Source of the DNA: Mobula hypostoma
Lineage: Eukaryota
NCBI RefSeq assembly: GCF_963921235.1
Contig: NC_086097.1
Coordinates: forward strand, 61,072,001 to 61,136,000
Direction of reading: 5' to 3'
DNA length: 64,000 nt
Each line of letters opens with the position of its first letter. Position 1 is the first letter of the stretch. Positions 25,779-39,078 of the stretch are shown in pieces. The notes beneath the pieces were generated by a model. It was not told the origin of the DNA. It saw only the letters and a list, made by a program, of their open reading frames with translations, and ran no database searches. The position numbers and the translations under genes are program-made.

Positions 25779-26120
25779 GTATACTTGTTATCTGAGTAAG
25801 TATATGTTTCCATGTACTACCCTGAGAGTAATTTAATTGCATGCATTCAGAGTAGAACAAAGAAATACAATAGAATCAATGAAAAGCCACACACAAAGAC
25901 TGGCAAACAAACAATACAGAAACAACTACTGTGCAAATACAGAACAAATAATAACACGGTGAAAGTGATCTGTAGAGGGCCTTTAAAGTGAGTCCATAGG
26001 TTGTGGAATCTGTTCAGACTCGAAGTGAGTGAAATTATACACAATGGTTCTGGACCCTGATCAGTAAAGAGTACAAATTGTTGCTGAACCTGGTGATGTG
26101 AGACCTAAGGCTTGTACGCT
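25779..26120 (-). mobile_element. Rex1/Babar 3' UTR fragment
   Basis: Same UTR and tail as 9926-10400 and 18893-19260. Confidence 0.7.
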
Positions 26121-26583
26121 TGCCTGTAAACTTGCATCATTGATGGACAAAAGAGAATGGTGATTTTTATTTGCTAAAGATTTTATAATTGGTTCAAAGA
26201 CAAAGCTGAAATTTATAAGGCTATTAGATGTTTTTGACAGACTATGCTTAGCACAGACATATCCATGTTGAAACAGATCAAAACAGTGTTATAACTACAA
26301 GATCTAATAAAAAAGCACATAAGAGACTTTTCTTAGGAAATGGGTGGAATATTTAAATAGCTACAACAAGGAACAAGTCAGAAAATAGCATTGATACATT
26401 CAAGAAGAAGCTAAATAAATGTAATAGGTGGATGTCAATGTAGGTTGAATGTGTATGGTAGATAATGTAAAAACATTGGAGTGGAAGAACCTCATGTAAG
26501 TCACACACAGATCTGCTATTTCTCTCAGTCTGGAATGCCAGTCAAGTTCCAATACTTAACCACAGCAAGCATTATCATCACTT

Positions 26584-28696
26584 AGTCATAGTCATAGTCA
26601 TACTTCATTGATCCCGGGGGAAATTGGTTTTCGTTACAGTTGCACCATAAATAATAAATAGTAATAGAACCATAATAGTTAAATAGTAATATGTAAATTA
26701 TGCCAGTAAATTATGAAGTAAGTCCAGGACCAGCCTATTGACTCAGGGTGTCTGACCCTCCAAGGGAGGAGTTGTAAAGTTTGATAGCCACAGGCAGGAA
26801 TGGCTTCCTATGACGCTCTGTGTTGCATCTCGGTGGAATGAGTCTCTGGCTGAATGTACTCCTGTGCCCACCCAGTCCATTATGTAGTGGATGGGAGACA
26901 TTGACCAAGATGGCATGCAACTTAGACAGCATCCTCTTTTCAGACACCACCATCAGAGAGTCCAGTTCCATCCCCACAACATCACTGGTCTTACGGATGA
27001 GTTTGTTCATTCTGTTGGTGTCTGTTACCCTCAGCCTGCTGCCCCAGCATACAACAGCAAATATGATAGCACTGGCCACCACAGACTTGTAGAACATCCT
27101 CAGCATCGTCCAGCAGATGTTAAAGGACCTCAGTCTCCTCAGGAAATAGAGACAGCTCTGACCCTTCTTGTAGACAGCCTCAATGTTCTTTGACCAGTCC
27201 AGTTTATTGTCAATTCGTATCCCCAGGTATTTATAATCCTCCACCATGTCCACACTGACCCCCTGGATGGAAACAGGGGTCACCGGTCCCTTAGCTCTCC
27301 TCAGGTCTACCACCAGCTCCTTAGTCTTTTTCACATAAAGCTGCAGATAATTCTGCTCACACCATGTGACAAAGTTTCCTACCGTAGCCCTGTACTCAAC
27401 CTCATCTCCCTTGATAATGAATCTAACTATGGCAGAGTCATCATAAAACTTCTGAAGATGCAAGACTCTGTGCAGTAGTTGAAGTCCGGGGGGTAAATGG
27501 TGAAGAGGAAGGGAGACGAGACAGTCCTCTGTGGAGCCCCAGTGCTGCTGATCACTCTGTTGGACACACAATGTTGCAAACACATGTACTGTGGTCTGCC
27601 AGTCAGGGAATCAAGAATCCATGATACCAGAGAAGCATCCACCTGCATCGCTGTCAGTTTCTCCCTCAGCAGAGCAGGGCGGATAGTGTTGAACGTGGGC
27701 GTAGACACGGTTCAGCAGGTAGACGATGGCATCCTCAACTCCTAGTCGGGGCTGGTAGGCGAACTGGAGGGGATCTAAGTGTGGCCTGACCATAGGCCGG
27801 AGTAGCTCCAGAACATGAAGTCTTCATGAAGTGGGAGGTCAATGCCACCGGTCTGTAGTCATTGAGGCCACTGGGGCGCGGCGTCTTCGGCACAGGGACG
27901 AGGCAGGATGTCTTCCACAGCACAGGAACCCTCCGGAGCCTCAGGCTCAGGTTGAAGACATGGTGAAGTACTCCACATAGCTGAGGGGCACAGGCTTTGA
28001 GCACCCTGGTACTGAAACCATCCAGTCCTGCAGCCTTGCTTGGGTTGAGTCGTTTCAGCTGTCTTCTCATCTGTTCAGCTGTGAAGCCCACCGTGGTGGT
28101 TTCGTGTGGGGAAGCGGTATAGTCATGAGAGCAGGGTGGGGGACTGTGAGGAGGGGTAGGAGGGGAGAGTGGAATATGTGTTGGTTGGGGGCCGACAACA
28201 GATAGCTCATGTGTGGGATGTCCAGGGGTCACAATGTCAAATCTGTTAAAGAACAGGTTAAGTTCATTGGCCCTGTCCACACTGCCTTCCGCTCCTCTGT
28301 TGCAAGTTTGCCGGAACCCAGTGATGGTCCTCATCCCCCTCCAGACCTCTCTTATGTTGTTCTGCTGGAGTTTCCACTCAAGCTTCCTCCTATACCTGTC
28401 TTTACCTCCCTGATCCTGGCTTTCAGGTCCCTCTGTATTGCCCTCAGCTCCTCCCTATTTCCATCCCTAAACACCCCCTTTTTAGCGTTCAGGATGCCCT
28501 TAATGTCCTTTGTTATCCATGGCTTGTTATTTGAATAACAAAGGACAGTTCTTGTCGGAACATTGCAGTCCACACAGAAGTTGATGTAATCAGTGATGCG
28601 CTCTGTGAGCCCATCAATATCCTCTCCATGTGGCTCACAGAGTGCCTGCCAGTCTGTCACCTCAAAACAACCCTGGAGTGCCTCATAAACCATAAC
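26584..28696 (-). mobile_element. 5'-truncated Rex1-type LINE, moderately young
   Basis: 9-bp TSD TCATCACTT (26575-26583, 28697-28705) and (TGACTA)n tail. Motifs NDYRPVALTS, DPLQFAYQ, KFYDDSAI and YKYLG. An internal deletion near 27696 removes the F-D-F-S-S-A region. Confidence 0.92.
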
Positions 28697-28720
28697 TCAT
28701 CACTTGTCAAATTAAGATTT

Positions 28721-28760
28721 TCAAACCAGATTTAAACTGAAGAGTTTAAATCTGGTTTGA
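28721..28760. repeat. Perfect 18-bp inverted repeat with a 4-nt spacer
   Basis: TCAAACCAGATTTAAACT-gaag-AGTTTAAATCTGGTTTGA. Confidence 0.95.
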
Positions 28761-29114
28761 TAGTGCCTCGACAAGGCAGTTGTCTAACATCAGAGAGGCA
28801 AGTAAGTCAAGTAACAATTGATTATTAACTTGTCAATAGTTTACAAGACAAGGAAAATCAGTCATGTGTTAATTGGTTTACCTATCGTTTAAGAAAATGT
28901 TTTGATTAAACCCTAGGTGGCCAGACATTGCAATCTCATATAAAAGATAGCTTGGGAAAGAAGTGCATTGCCACCAAAGGTTAGAACAGCAGAACTTGCC
29001 TCAAAGAGCATGACATCATTGAAGATGATAGAAAGTGGAGGGATGGAGAGGAAGGTAGATGTCACAGCCAATAAAAGCAGGCTAGAGCAAAGTAAAACAT
29101 GCAGTGAGATGAAT

Positions 29115-31660
29115 AGTTTGAAATGCGTGTATTTTAATGCTAGGAGTATTATGGGTAAAGGTAATGAACTTAGAACATGATTCAGTGCATGGAACTATGA
29201 TGTTGTGGCCATTACAGAGATTTTGTTGAGAGAAGGACAGGAATGGTTGCTTAATGTCCCAGGATTTTAATGTTTTAGAAAAGAGAGGGAGGTAAAAGTT
29301 GGAAGGGAGGAGTTGCACTACTATCAGGGACAATATCATTGCTGCACTCGGTGGGGGGGGAGCATAATGGAGCGCTCGAGCACTCAGTCTAAATGGGTAA
29401 AACTCAAAAATAGGAAGGGTGAAATCACTCTGATGGGATTGCACTAGAAACCCCCAATAGTCACAAGGACATTGAGGGACAGATATTCAGGCAGATTAAG
29501 GAAAGGTGTGGAGATAATAGGGTTGTTGTCATGGGGGATCTTCAACTTCTCTAATATAAACTGGGACATTTTAGTCCAAGAGCTTTAGATGGGGCACTAT
29601 TTGATGGATACATCTGGAAGGGTTTCTTAAATAAATATGTAGGTAGTCAAACAATAGAAGGAGCTAGGGCTATACTAGATGTGGTGTGGGGTAATGAGCC
29701 TGGCCAGCTGACTAACCTTTCAGTGGGCAAGCAGTTAGGGAACAATGACTACAACTCCTTAAGTTTTAAGATAGTTATAGATTAGGGCATTTACGGATCC
29801 TGTAGGAGAGTATTAAACTGAAGCAGGGCATTTTACCAGAGCATTAGGCAGGAATGAGGAAGAGTTAATTGGGAAGAGCTGTTTTTCATTGTCCACATCT
29901 GACAAGTGGAGGGTTTTTAAAGACCAACTGCACCGAGTACAGGATAGGTATGTTCCAGTCAGGTTTGTATGTGGTGACATGCATGTACTCTAATAATAAA
30001 TTTTACATTGAACTTTGAACAGAAGGAAAGACAAGCATAGCAAGATAAGAGAACCTTCAAAAGTCCTTGGCAAGGAGGATTAAAGAGAATCCTAAACCAT
30101 CCTATACATTTATCAAGAGCAAGATGGTAACTATAGTGGTAGGACCATTTAAGGATAAATGGTGGAACACTTGCTTGGAACTGGAGGATGTCAGCGAAGT
30201 CCTTAATAATTATGTTACATCAGTATTTACCAATGAAAAGAACATGAAGGATAGGGAGATCAGTGCCTAGTGTATCAATATGCTAGGGCATTTTGAGGCA
30301 AAGGATGAGTTCATGTGGTGTCTTTTAAAGAGTGTTTAGGTAGAAAAGCCTCCAGGGCCTGATGGGAAATATCCCAGGTTAATGAGAGGGGCAAGAGAAG
30401 AGATTGCTGGGGCCTTGACCAATATTTTTGTGTCCTATTTAGCCACAGGCAAGGTCACGGAGGACTGGCAAATACCTAGTGTTGTTCCGTTATTTAAGAA
30501 AGTAACCAGGAATAATCCTCACATCAGTGATAGGAAAGGTACTGGAGAGAATTCCTAGGGATAGGATTTGTGAGCATTTGGAAAACTATGGTCTAAATAG
30601 GGAGAGCCAGCATGGTGACGAAGGTGATTGATGAAAGTAGAGCTGAAGATGTTGTCTATATGGATTTTGAGTAAGGCGTTTGACAAGATTCCTAGTGGGA
30701 GGCTCATCCAGAAGATTAAGGTGCATAAGATCCATGGTGAATTGACCTTTTGGAATCTGAACGGGCTAGCCCATAGAAGATTGAGACTAGTGGTGGAAGG
30801 GACTTATTCTAGCTGGAAGTCTATGAAGTGTGGTGTTCTACAGATATCTGGTCTGGGACCTCTGCTAATTGTGATGTACAGTATGTAAATGACCTGGATG
30901 AAAATGTAGATGGGTAGGTTAGCAAGTTTGCGGATGATACAGATGTGTTGTGTTGTAGATAACACAGAAGACTGGCAATGAATATAGTGTGATATAGATC
31001 AGTTGCAGATGTGGCAGATGGCATTTAACGCAACCAAATGTGAAGTGTTTGTAAGTCAAATATAAAGAGACAGTACCCTGCTAATGGCAAGACATTTAAC
31101 TATGTTGATAAACAGTGGGATTTTAGGATTAAAGTTCATAACTCCCTGAAAGTGTCTACACAGGTTGCTAAGGTGGCTAAGAAGGCATATGGCACGCTTG
31201 CCTTTATTAGTCAAGGCATTGACTTCAAAAGTCAGGAAGTTATATCGCAGTTTTCTAAACTCTAGTTAGGCTGCATTTGGAGTATTGCATACAGCTCTGT
31301 TTGCCCCTTTAAAGGAAAGATCTCAAGGCTTTGAAGAGGATACTGCAGAGATTTACCAGAAGATGCTGTCTAGATCAGAGGGTGTGAACTTTCACAAGAG
31401 TCTGGACAACCCTGGGTTGCTTTCTCTGGAGCGGCAGAGGGTGAGAGGAGATCTGATGGATGTTTATAAGATTATGAGAGGCATAGATAGAAAAGGCAGC
31501 CAGTAACTTTTCCCCAGGTTTGAAATAACTAACACCAGAGGGCATGCATTTAGGGTGATAATAGGTAATTTCAAAGGAAATGTGAAGGGCTAGATTTTGT
31601 TACACACAGGGTGATGGGTACTTGGGATGCACTGTCTGGGGTGGTGGTAGAGACAGATAT
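29115..31660 (+). mobile_element. Old CR1 LINE, most of ORF2 decayed, with a short Rex tail inserted at about 29962-30020
   Basis: APE start LKCVYFNARSIMGK. RT remnants SKAFDKIP and SKFADDT. C-terminal LLSLERQRVRGDLMDVYKIMRG. Confidence 0.88.
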
Positions 31661-34024
31661 GTTCTATGCAACTGTCTTGCCTTATAGGTTGCTTTTCCTT
31701 TTATTATCTCTAGTCTTAACAATTCCATTGCTTTCTTGGCCAAGCTCCCATCTTCGTGTACACCTGAATTCATCCAAATGTCAGTTTCCTAACCTGTTCT
31801 AAGTGAAAGAACATTGGACAATCAGTCTTCTGCTAATGTTAGTCTCCACCACACAGTAATTTTAGAATTATCTTCCTTAAGTTCAAAATCTGTTTTGCTC
31901 TTTCTCATAGTTTATCTACCTGAACTCAAGAGAACAAAAAAAAAAGTTTTATTTTGAAATCCTGCAGGTACAATTTCTGTGGAAGCTGTGCTTTAATTAG
32001 TCTGGAAGCAGACTCAGGATTTCCCAGCATGTTTTCAGCTATACTTCTGTGATTCAGTGATAAATTTTGTTTGGTCATTAGGGACATCATATTGCATTTT
32101 AAGGATGCTATCAGGATTCAAGTTGGGAAGCTTAAAAACCACACTACTTCATATAGAAATCTACACTCATACAACTGATACATAGAGTATATACCAAATT
32201 GCTTAGCTTTAGAATGATTTGATCATGCCAGAGCTCAAACCTTTGGGCATAGCACACAGTTGATGTTTCAACTGCATACACGATACTAGTGCCCAGCACT
32301 TACCATTGTCTTGAAAAGAACTAGAATCTACATTACATGATACTTGGACTATTTTTACTCAGCAGTAACATAGATGGCAGAAATGCTCAGAATCATTGAC
32401 ATACAGTATGCTGTTGATGCACCTTCCATTTTATTCACAGTAAAATATGACTTGCAGCATGTTGAGTGTCTGCCCCTGGACTGAAGAGGAGGGGCAAGGC
32501 TAAATCACCTTTATTCAGGGGTCTGTGGGAGAAGCCACAGGGGCAGTCAGCAGAGGGGTGTGTCCAGACAGTTAACCCAGTTACAACATATATATATATA
32601 TGGTTTACCACAGCTGTGAACTTAGTTTTGCAGTGGCAGTGTAGTGCCATACATTAAAAATTACTATAAGTTACAATAATAAATAAATAATACAAAAATA
32701 GAGCAAAATAGTGACTTAATGTTCCTGGGTTTCAGGGGCCATTCAGAAATCAGATGACGGAAAAAAAGAATCTGTTTCTAAATTTTACTGCAGAACATTA
32801 AGCAGGTTATAGATTGCAGAACATATTTCTGAAAATCTACCTTATATCAAAATATCAAAAAAGATTTACAGACTAAGCTAAATAAATGAACGAATAATAT
32901 CATAAAACAACTTCACTGGTTTAGTAATAAAATGGTAGTCAAAGATTAATTTGTTGAATTGCATTGGATTAAAGCATCAAGCTTCCAGCCAAACTGGGAT
33001 TAGTATTTCTACATGGTTCTTAAATGCAATTGAATAAAATCTTAGTTGAGATCTGTGAAGGTTACATGAGGGTGTGACTTCAGTGCAGTTCAGTGGGTTA
33101 AAGCAGGGTAACAATTCCTTTGAACTAAACAAGTTTTCAAAATCAACATTACTCATTAGTCAGATTCAAAATTAACCAAACCAAAATATGTAAATTCCCA
33201 ATGAAACATTCAAATAATAGCCTGGATTCTAAATTACCTGGAAACTCAGCATGAATTTGTCTCAAGTATAAAATTCCACTCATTAAATAAATATTGTATA
33301 TTGACATTATTTGCAATCAAGAACTAAATATGAGTGTCCTGTTTTATCAAAAAAATTGTATCAAATAAAAATGGTTTATGTTACTGTATATGAAACATAT
33401 AGGCTGATTTCAGTTAAAGCTAGAGAATAAAACTTGTTTCTCAACAAATAAATGCTGATGATAATAACAGCTTTTTTGTAAACGAAAAGGGCCACCAATC
33501 CTAAAGAAACATAAATTCCGGTGCTTGGGATTAAAGTTTAAAATTATATTGGATTATCTGGTCTATGTGGCTCAGAAACAGGCCATTCAGCCCAACCAGA
33601 CCATGGCAGTATTCATGCTCCTTTTCAGCCTTCTCCATCTTTTCTTGTCTATATTGTTCTGCATATTACTTTCAACATCCACCTACCCTTCCTTTTTTTT
33701 CCCCTTAAAAGTACATACACTTTTTATATCAACCAACTGAGAGTATGGGATTCCTCCTTTTATTTGTATGAAGTCCCTATTAGTTTCCTTCATAAAACTA
33801 CCAGCATTCGGGAAGGAAAATCTTTCTTCACGATGGACAATATTGACTAAAATTAGGATACAAAATTGCCATTATTTTAAATTGTATTATTTAGTCCCTG
33901 GAGTCACCAGGATTTTCCTTTAAATCCGAAAATCACTTGGATCTTACTAATCTGAAGAAGATAAGTTGTTCTGCAGGCTAAACCTTCCATGCAAACTTCT
34001 CATTGCAGGTTGGATGTTTAAAAC

Positions 34025-35450
34025 CAGAATCATGTTTATAGTCACTGAGGTTATTTGTGAAATTTGCTTTATTGTGGCAGCAGTACAGTGCAGCAGTAAC
34101 AAATTATTGTTTAGTTTCAATAAAAGTAATTAAATTATGTAACAGAATGTTTATGGGTTCACGGACTGTTCAGAAATCTGATAGTAGAGGGGATGAAGCT
34201 GTTCATAAAATGTTCCATATGAGTCTTTAGGCTCCAGTACCTCCTTCCTGATGGTAGTAATGACAAGAAGGTAAGTCTTGGATAGTGAGGGTCCTTAGGT
34301 GATGGATGTTGTCTTCTTGAGGTACCACCTTTGGAAGTTGTCCTCGATGGTGAAAGGCTTGTGCCCGTGATAGGGCTGGTTGAGTCCACAACCCTCTGAA
34401 GTGTCTTATGATCCTGTACATCGGTCCCTCCACACTGGATTGTGATTCAACTGGTTAGAAATCTTTCCATGGTACATCTGTAGAAATTTGCGGAGGTCTT
34501 TGGTGATGTACCAAATTTCCTCAGACTCCTGAAGAATTATAACTGCTGACAAGCCTTTGTCAAGTTTCCATCAACAGGTAGACCTCTGAGATGTCGACAC
34601 TCAGGAACCTGAAGTTGCTCACCTTTCCACAGCTGACCCCTCAATGAGGACTCGAAAATGTTCTACTGACTTCCCCTCCCTAAAGTCCATAATCAATTTT
34701 TTGCCTTGTTGATATTAAGTGCAAGGCAGATTTTTTGATGCCATTCAACCGGACTATCTACTTCATTTCTTTATACTCTGTCATTGCCTTCTGAGTTTCT
34801 GCCAACAACAGTGATGCCATCAGCAATTTTATAGATGATCTTTTGACTGTTCCAGCCACACTAAGCATAGAAAAAGTAGAGCGGTGAGCTATGTAGACAC
34901 CTTTGAGGAGGGCTTGTGTTGATTGTCAGCAAGGAGGAGATGTAATCAACATCTGTACAGACTGTAGTCTCCCAATGAGGAAGTCAAGGATCAATTTGTA
35001 GAGCGGGGTACAGAAGCTCAGGTATTCAAGTTTATTGATTAGTACTGAGGGGATGACAGTGTTGAACATTAAGCTGTAATCAATAAATGGCAGCCTGACA
35101 TTGTCGTTGCCCAGCCAGTCCAAGGCCGAATGGAGAGCCAGTGAGATTGCAGCCATTATAGACATCCTGTGGTGGTTGGCAATAATTGCTCAGGCAGGTG
35201 TTAATTCTAGGCATAATCAACCTTTGAAAGCATTTCATCACAGTAGATGTGAAAGCTACAGGGTAGTAATCAATCAAGCAGTTCACCCTGCCCTTCTTCG
35301 TAACTGATAAGTCTTATGACCTTTTGAAGCAGATAGGAACCTCTGATTGCAACAGTGAGAAGTGGAAGATGTCCTTGAACTCTCCTGCTAGTGGTTGGCA
35401 CAGGCTTTCACCATTGGTTTCTGATGACTTGTGAGCATTTACCGTCTTGG
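34025..35450 (-). mobile_element. Decayed Rex1/Babar LINE
   Basis: Fragments DYYPVAFTSTVMKCF, FIDYSLMFNTVIP and LSLLPSGRRY. Confidence 0.85.
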
Positions 35451-37127
35451 AGGAATGTCAGCTCCAGGACAGAAATTTCAGGAATTGTGTTTTTATTGAA
35501 AGCAGAATATAAAAACTATTTTAAAAGATTTTTTAAAAATTCTTTACATATGTAAGTTGTTTTTCACTTGTATTAAAGTTAGTCTGGAGTTTACTATGAT
35601 TTTTTAATATTACTTGATGAATAATGTAAAGTAATTACAATTGAAAAGTCATCTTATTGCTGTTTCAGGATCAGAAGAGCAGTACATCCATCTGAAATCA
35701 GAAACTCAGGGAATTCATGAGTTATATTTTAATTAAGCATTTTATATAAACTCTGCATGCAGCCTCATCAGTTCCACGTGAAACATTTGTAAATTGACAT
35801 TGGCAAAAGTGGTTTTCAAATGGCACACTTATGTAGTGCCTCTTGCTTGGTGAATGTAAGCCTTCACAGACTTCCTTAGCTGGCAAAAACAATATCAAAG
35901 CCTTAGACTTCTGCTGTTGCTGCTGCTCTGAGGTTTCCTGTGGCTGTTCCAACATTAACCTTTCCTGTTAGGTTCAGCCTTTATAACATGCATGGCTACC
36001 CAATGCTCTGACTTCTAAATGAGTCATTTGGCAGGATTAGGAAAGCTTCCATATCTTAGTTGATACAAATCTGAAATATGGTTTGTGGTAACTAGAACAT
36101 GCGACAGTGCTTAATATTTTGAAAACATTATAGCTAATACGATTCAATTTATTACAAGATGAATGATGTACTTCTCCTTTTATTTTAAGACTTAATAAGA
36201 TTCCTGGTATAAATCCAATCAATGATTTAGCAGAAACAAATGTTTTTCACCTTGTACTCAGATTTTAAAATCCTTCACTAATTTCAAGCACAACAGCAAC
36301 ATTCTATAGATTACTCTTACTTGTCAAAATTTGTAAATAAAACTAAGTGTCAGTTTGAAACTTTACACACTCCCCAATGGAAAAATGTAGTCTATTTAAA
36401 GAAAACAGGCAGGAAGATATACAGTGATAGATCAAGTTACACTGGAAAATTAATTCTGGGTCAGAAGTTTGGAAGTCCAACCCTATTCAGACTCTCAAGT
36501 ATGTTTTCTAGATCAACACTTCAGTGATGAGAGATTGTCACATGGTCTAAACTGTTACTTTTTGGATATTAAACTGAAGCATTTGTTTGTAGTTCTATTT
36601 AATATCCTGGCAAATATTCATATTAACAAAATTGAGATTGAAATTACTAACTTCTAATGACTGTGAAATAGCATTTTAGGTCATTTTAATATTGCTTGTA
36701 AAAGTTCCAAAAAGACTGAGACAACTGAAAACATTGTTGGGTTTTCCTGTGAATACTGCCTTAAAATTTACATTTTAGCAAAATCATATATAAATGGGAT
36801 TTTGCTATTAAATGACTGAATGCTGCAATGAAGAGACAATACTCTCAGCACTTAGAGGGATCTGTGTAGCCTGGTGAAAAATTGTGCCCATGGGAAATTT
36901 GTTCTTTGATCAAGAAATTTGTTCGTTGGAATCTCTGACTCACCACCACCACCAGCCCTGTCGTTCAAAGTAAATTTAATATTGAAGTGCATATATGTCA
37001 CCATATACGACCCTGAGATTCATTTTCTTGCAGGCATGGTTTTTATAAATCTATAAGTTTATGAGTGGTCTCTGTAGGTCAATCTCCAAACATCTGCACT
37101 TTAGACAACAGTATAAAAGTCTTGTAC

Positions 37128-37276
37128 ATAATTATTGGGACTGAAGGAAGAGCAGATGAAGCCTTGTCATCTTGAGTTCCGAGAGTGAGCAGAAAGCTAC
37201 GACATTTGGTAAAGATTAGCAACAAATGTCTGGAATGATCTTGAGACCAGGAAGCTACAAATGATCTTATGTGAAG
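37128..37276 (-). CDS. Possible host exon (149 nt; LHIRSFVASWSQDHSRHLLLIFTKCRSFLLTLGTQDDKASSALPSVPII)
   Basis: Acceptor tcttccatttatctgttacag and an open frame. Weak donor AT|gtacaa. The phase-2 end would join exon 24794-24897. Confidence 0.33.
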
Positions 37277-38366
37277 CTGTAACAGATAAATGGAAGATTG
37301 GAGATCCAATCATTGATAGAGAAAGTCATTTTCTAAACTGAACAATTACAGCACAAGGAAAATGGGGTTTTTAGAAGTGGCTTTTTATCTGAGTGTTAGC
37401 ATTTTTCAATGTATTCACTTAGGCAATCTCACTGCAAAATAACACTACACATTGCCTCACACTATGACTTAATGCTGCACTACAAGATCCAGGATAAAGA
37501 AAAAATGCTGGCAGAAAATCATGTGTTGACATTCCAAATGGGTGCGTAGTTGTCTAGAAAGAGGTACAAAATTGCAGTACTCTGGGTAAAGCGTAATTTT
37601 AATTGCAACATGCTGATATTTTGTTTGGAAGAATTTCTAGACCATTGTTACATTTCTGTTAGAAGTGTGCACAATTTAGCTCTTCTAATTCTTGCATGAC
37701 AGTACCTCACTTGACATTAAAAGGAATTGAGCTTCTGAAAAACATAACACATTTTTCTTCAACATAAAAATTATAAGCCAGATAGGGATTTAAATATATA
37801 CCATAAATCATTAGTACTTCACTGCTGATGTTATTTAATGTTAGGGATATGCTATGACCTTGGAAATAATAGTCCAGAATCTGCTGTTAATCCATGGACA
37901 AAGTTATCATCTGAATGGAAAAAGTTCTATTTAAATTTATGTTAATCTTCTGTGGAATTCAATAAAAAATCTACAGATGTAGGAAATCTGAAATGAAACA
38001 GAAAATGCTGGAAACGCTCAGCAGTCTTGGGGGGGGGAACCTCTGGGAAAAGAAACACAGCTAAAATTTCAGGTCATAGACCTATCATCAGAAGTAGGAA
38101 AGAAGGACAATGTGATTTTACACTGCTGAAAAGGAGGCAAGGGGAATATTTGGGTTACAAATCTACCAGTCAGGGACAGGGACTGTTCCTTGGTACAACA
38201 ACAAGCGGGCACGACTCTGTTTCAAACCCTATATCTACAAATTTTCACACCATGCACCAACCTCCAATAGCATAATAAGCAGATGGATCTTCTACCCTCT
38301 GCTTTGGCTGCACACAGCAATGGATATTAGATATGTGCATTAAAAGTAATGGGAGAATAAAACATG

Positions 38367-38500
38367 AAGACACAAGAGACTGCAGATACAAGAGTCTGGA
38401 GCACACACACAAAGCTAGAGGAACTCAACAGATCAGGCAGCATCTCTGGAGGGTGATGAACAGTCAACATTTCTGATTAAGATCCCTCATCTGACTTCTG
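38367..38500 (-). mobile_element. Decayed Penelope-type terminal repeat remnant
   Basis: ctgcagat...gaggaactcaacagatcaggcagcatct...cagtcaacattt is similar to 2790-2919 and 49061-49160. Confidence 0.6.
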
Positions 38501-39078
38501 GGGTAAATAATGTTTTACCCCAGTCCACAGTAATGAAACAGTAATGCGCAAGTAAAAGAGGAATGGATGATTATTTTTATTCAGCATTGGAACTCCTATG
38601 CATCAAATTTTTCATGTTGTTACAAACATGTTTTATGTAGTAAACAAATACTACGAGATCATTAAATGATATTTTCAGTTACATACAGCTAGTAAGGTGT
38701 GCATTTTGTGTCCTTTCCAAGGGCCCTTTAGATACATGGGTTATTGAATCATTGCAGTCCATTAACTGAATTTCTCTGTTCACCACCAATGTTGAACTTA
38801 TAAATGTTAGCTAAAAACTTTTTGAGCCACATGGGGACATTTTAATCTGTCATTATGAAGACCGTAAATGTTCATTTCAGTCGCACAGGTTAAAAATTCA
38901 GAAGTGGCCCACATCTGAAGTACTGGCCACTATTGAGCAACACTCAGACATTGAAGATTGCTTGCGAAAGTCATGTGGTCCAGATTCAGAAAGAATGCAA
39001 AACTCTGGAGGGTTTGGGTGGTCAATGAATGATACGGATGGGGTTGTAAGCCAGAACCCATGAACTTGATAAGGAGAG

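Noticed and set aside
35722..36222. Two minus-strand ORFs in unique DNA as candidate exons
   Set aside because: No convincing donor sites, no phase-consistent chain and no recognisable homology.
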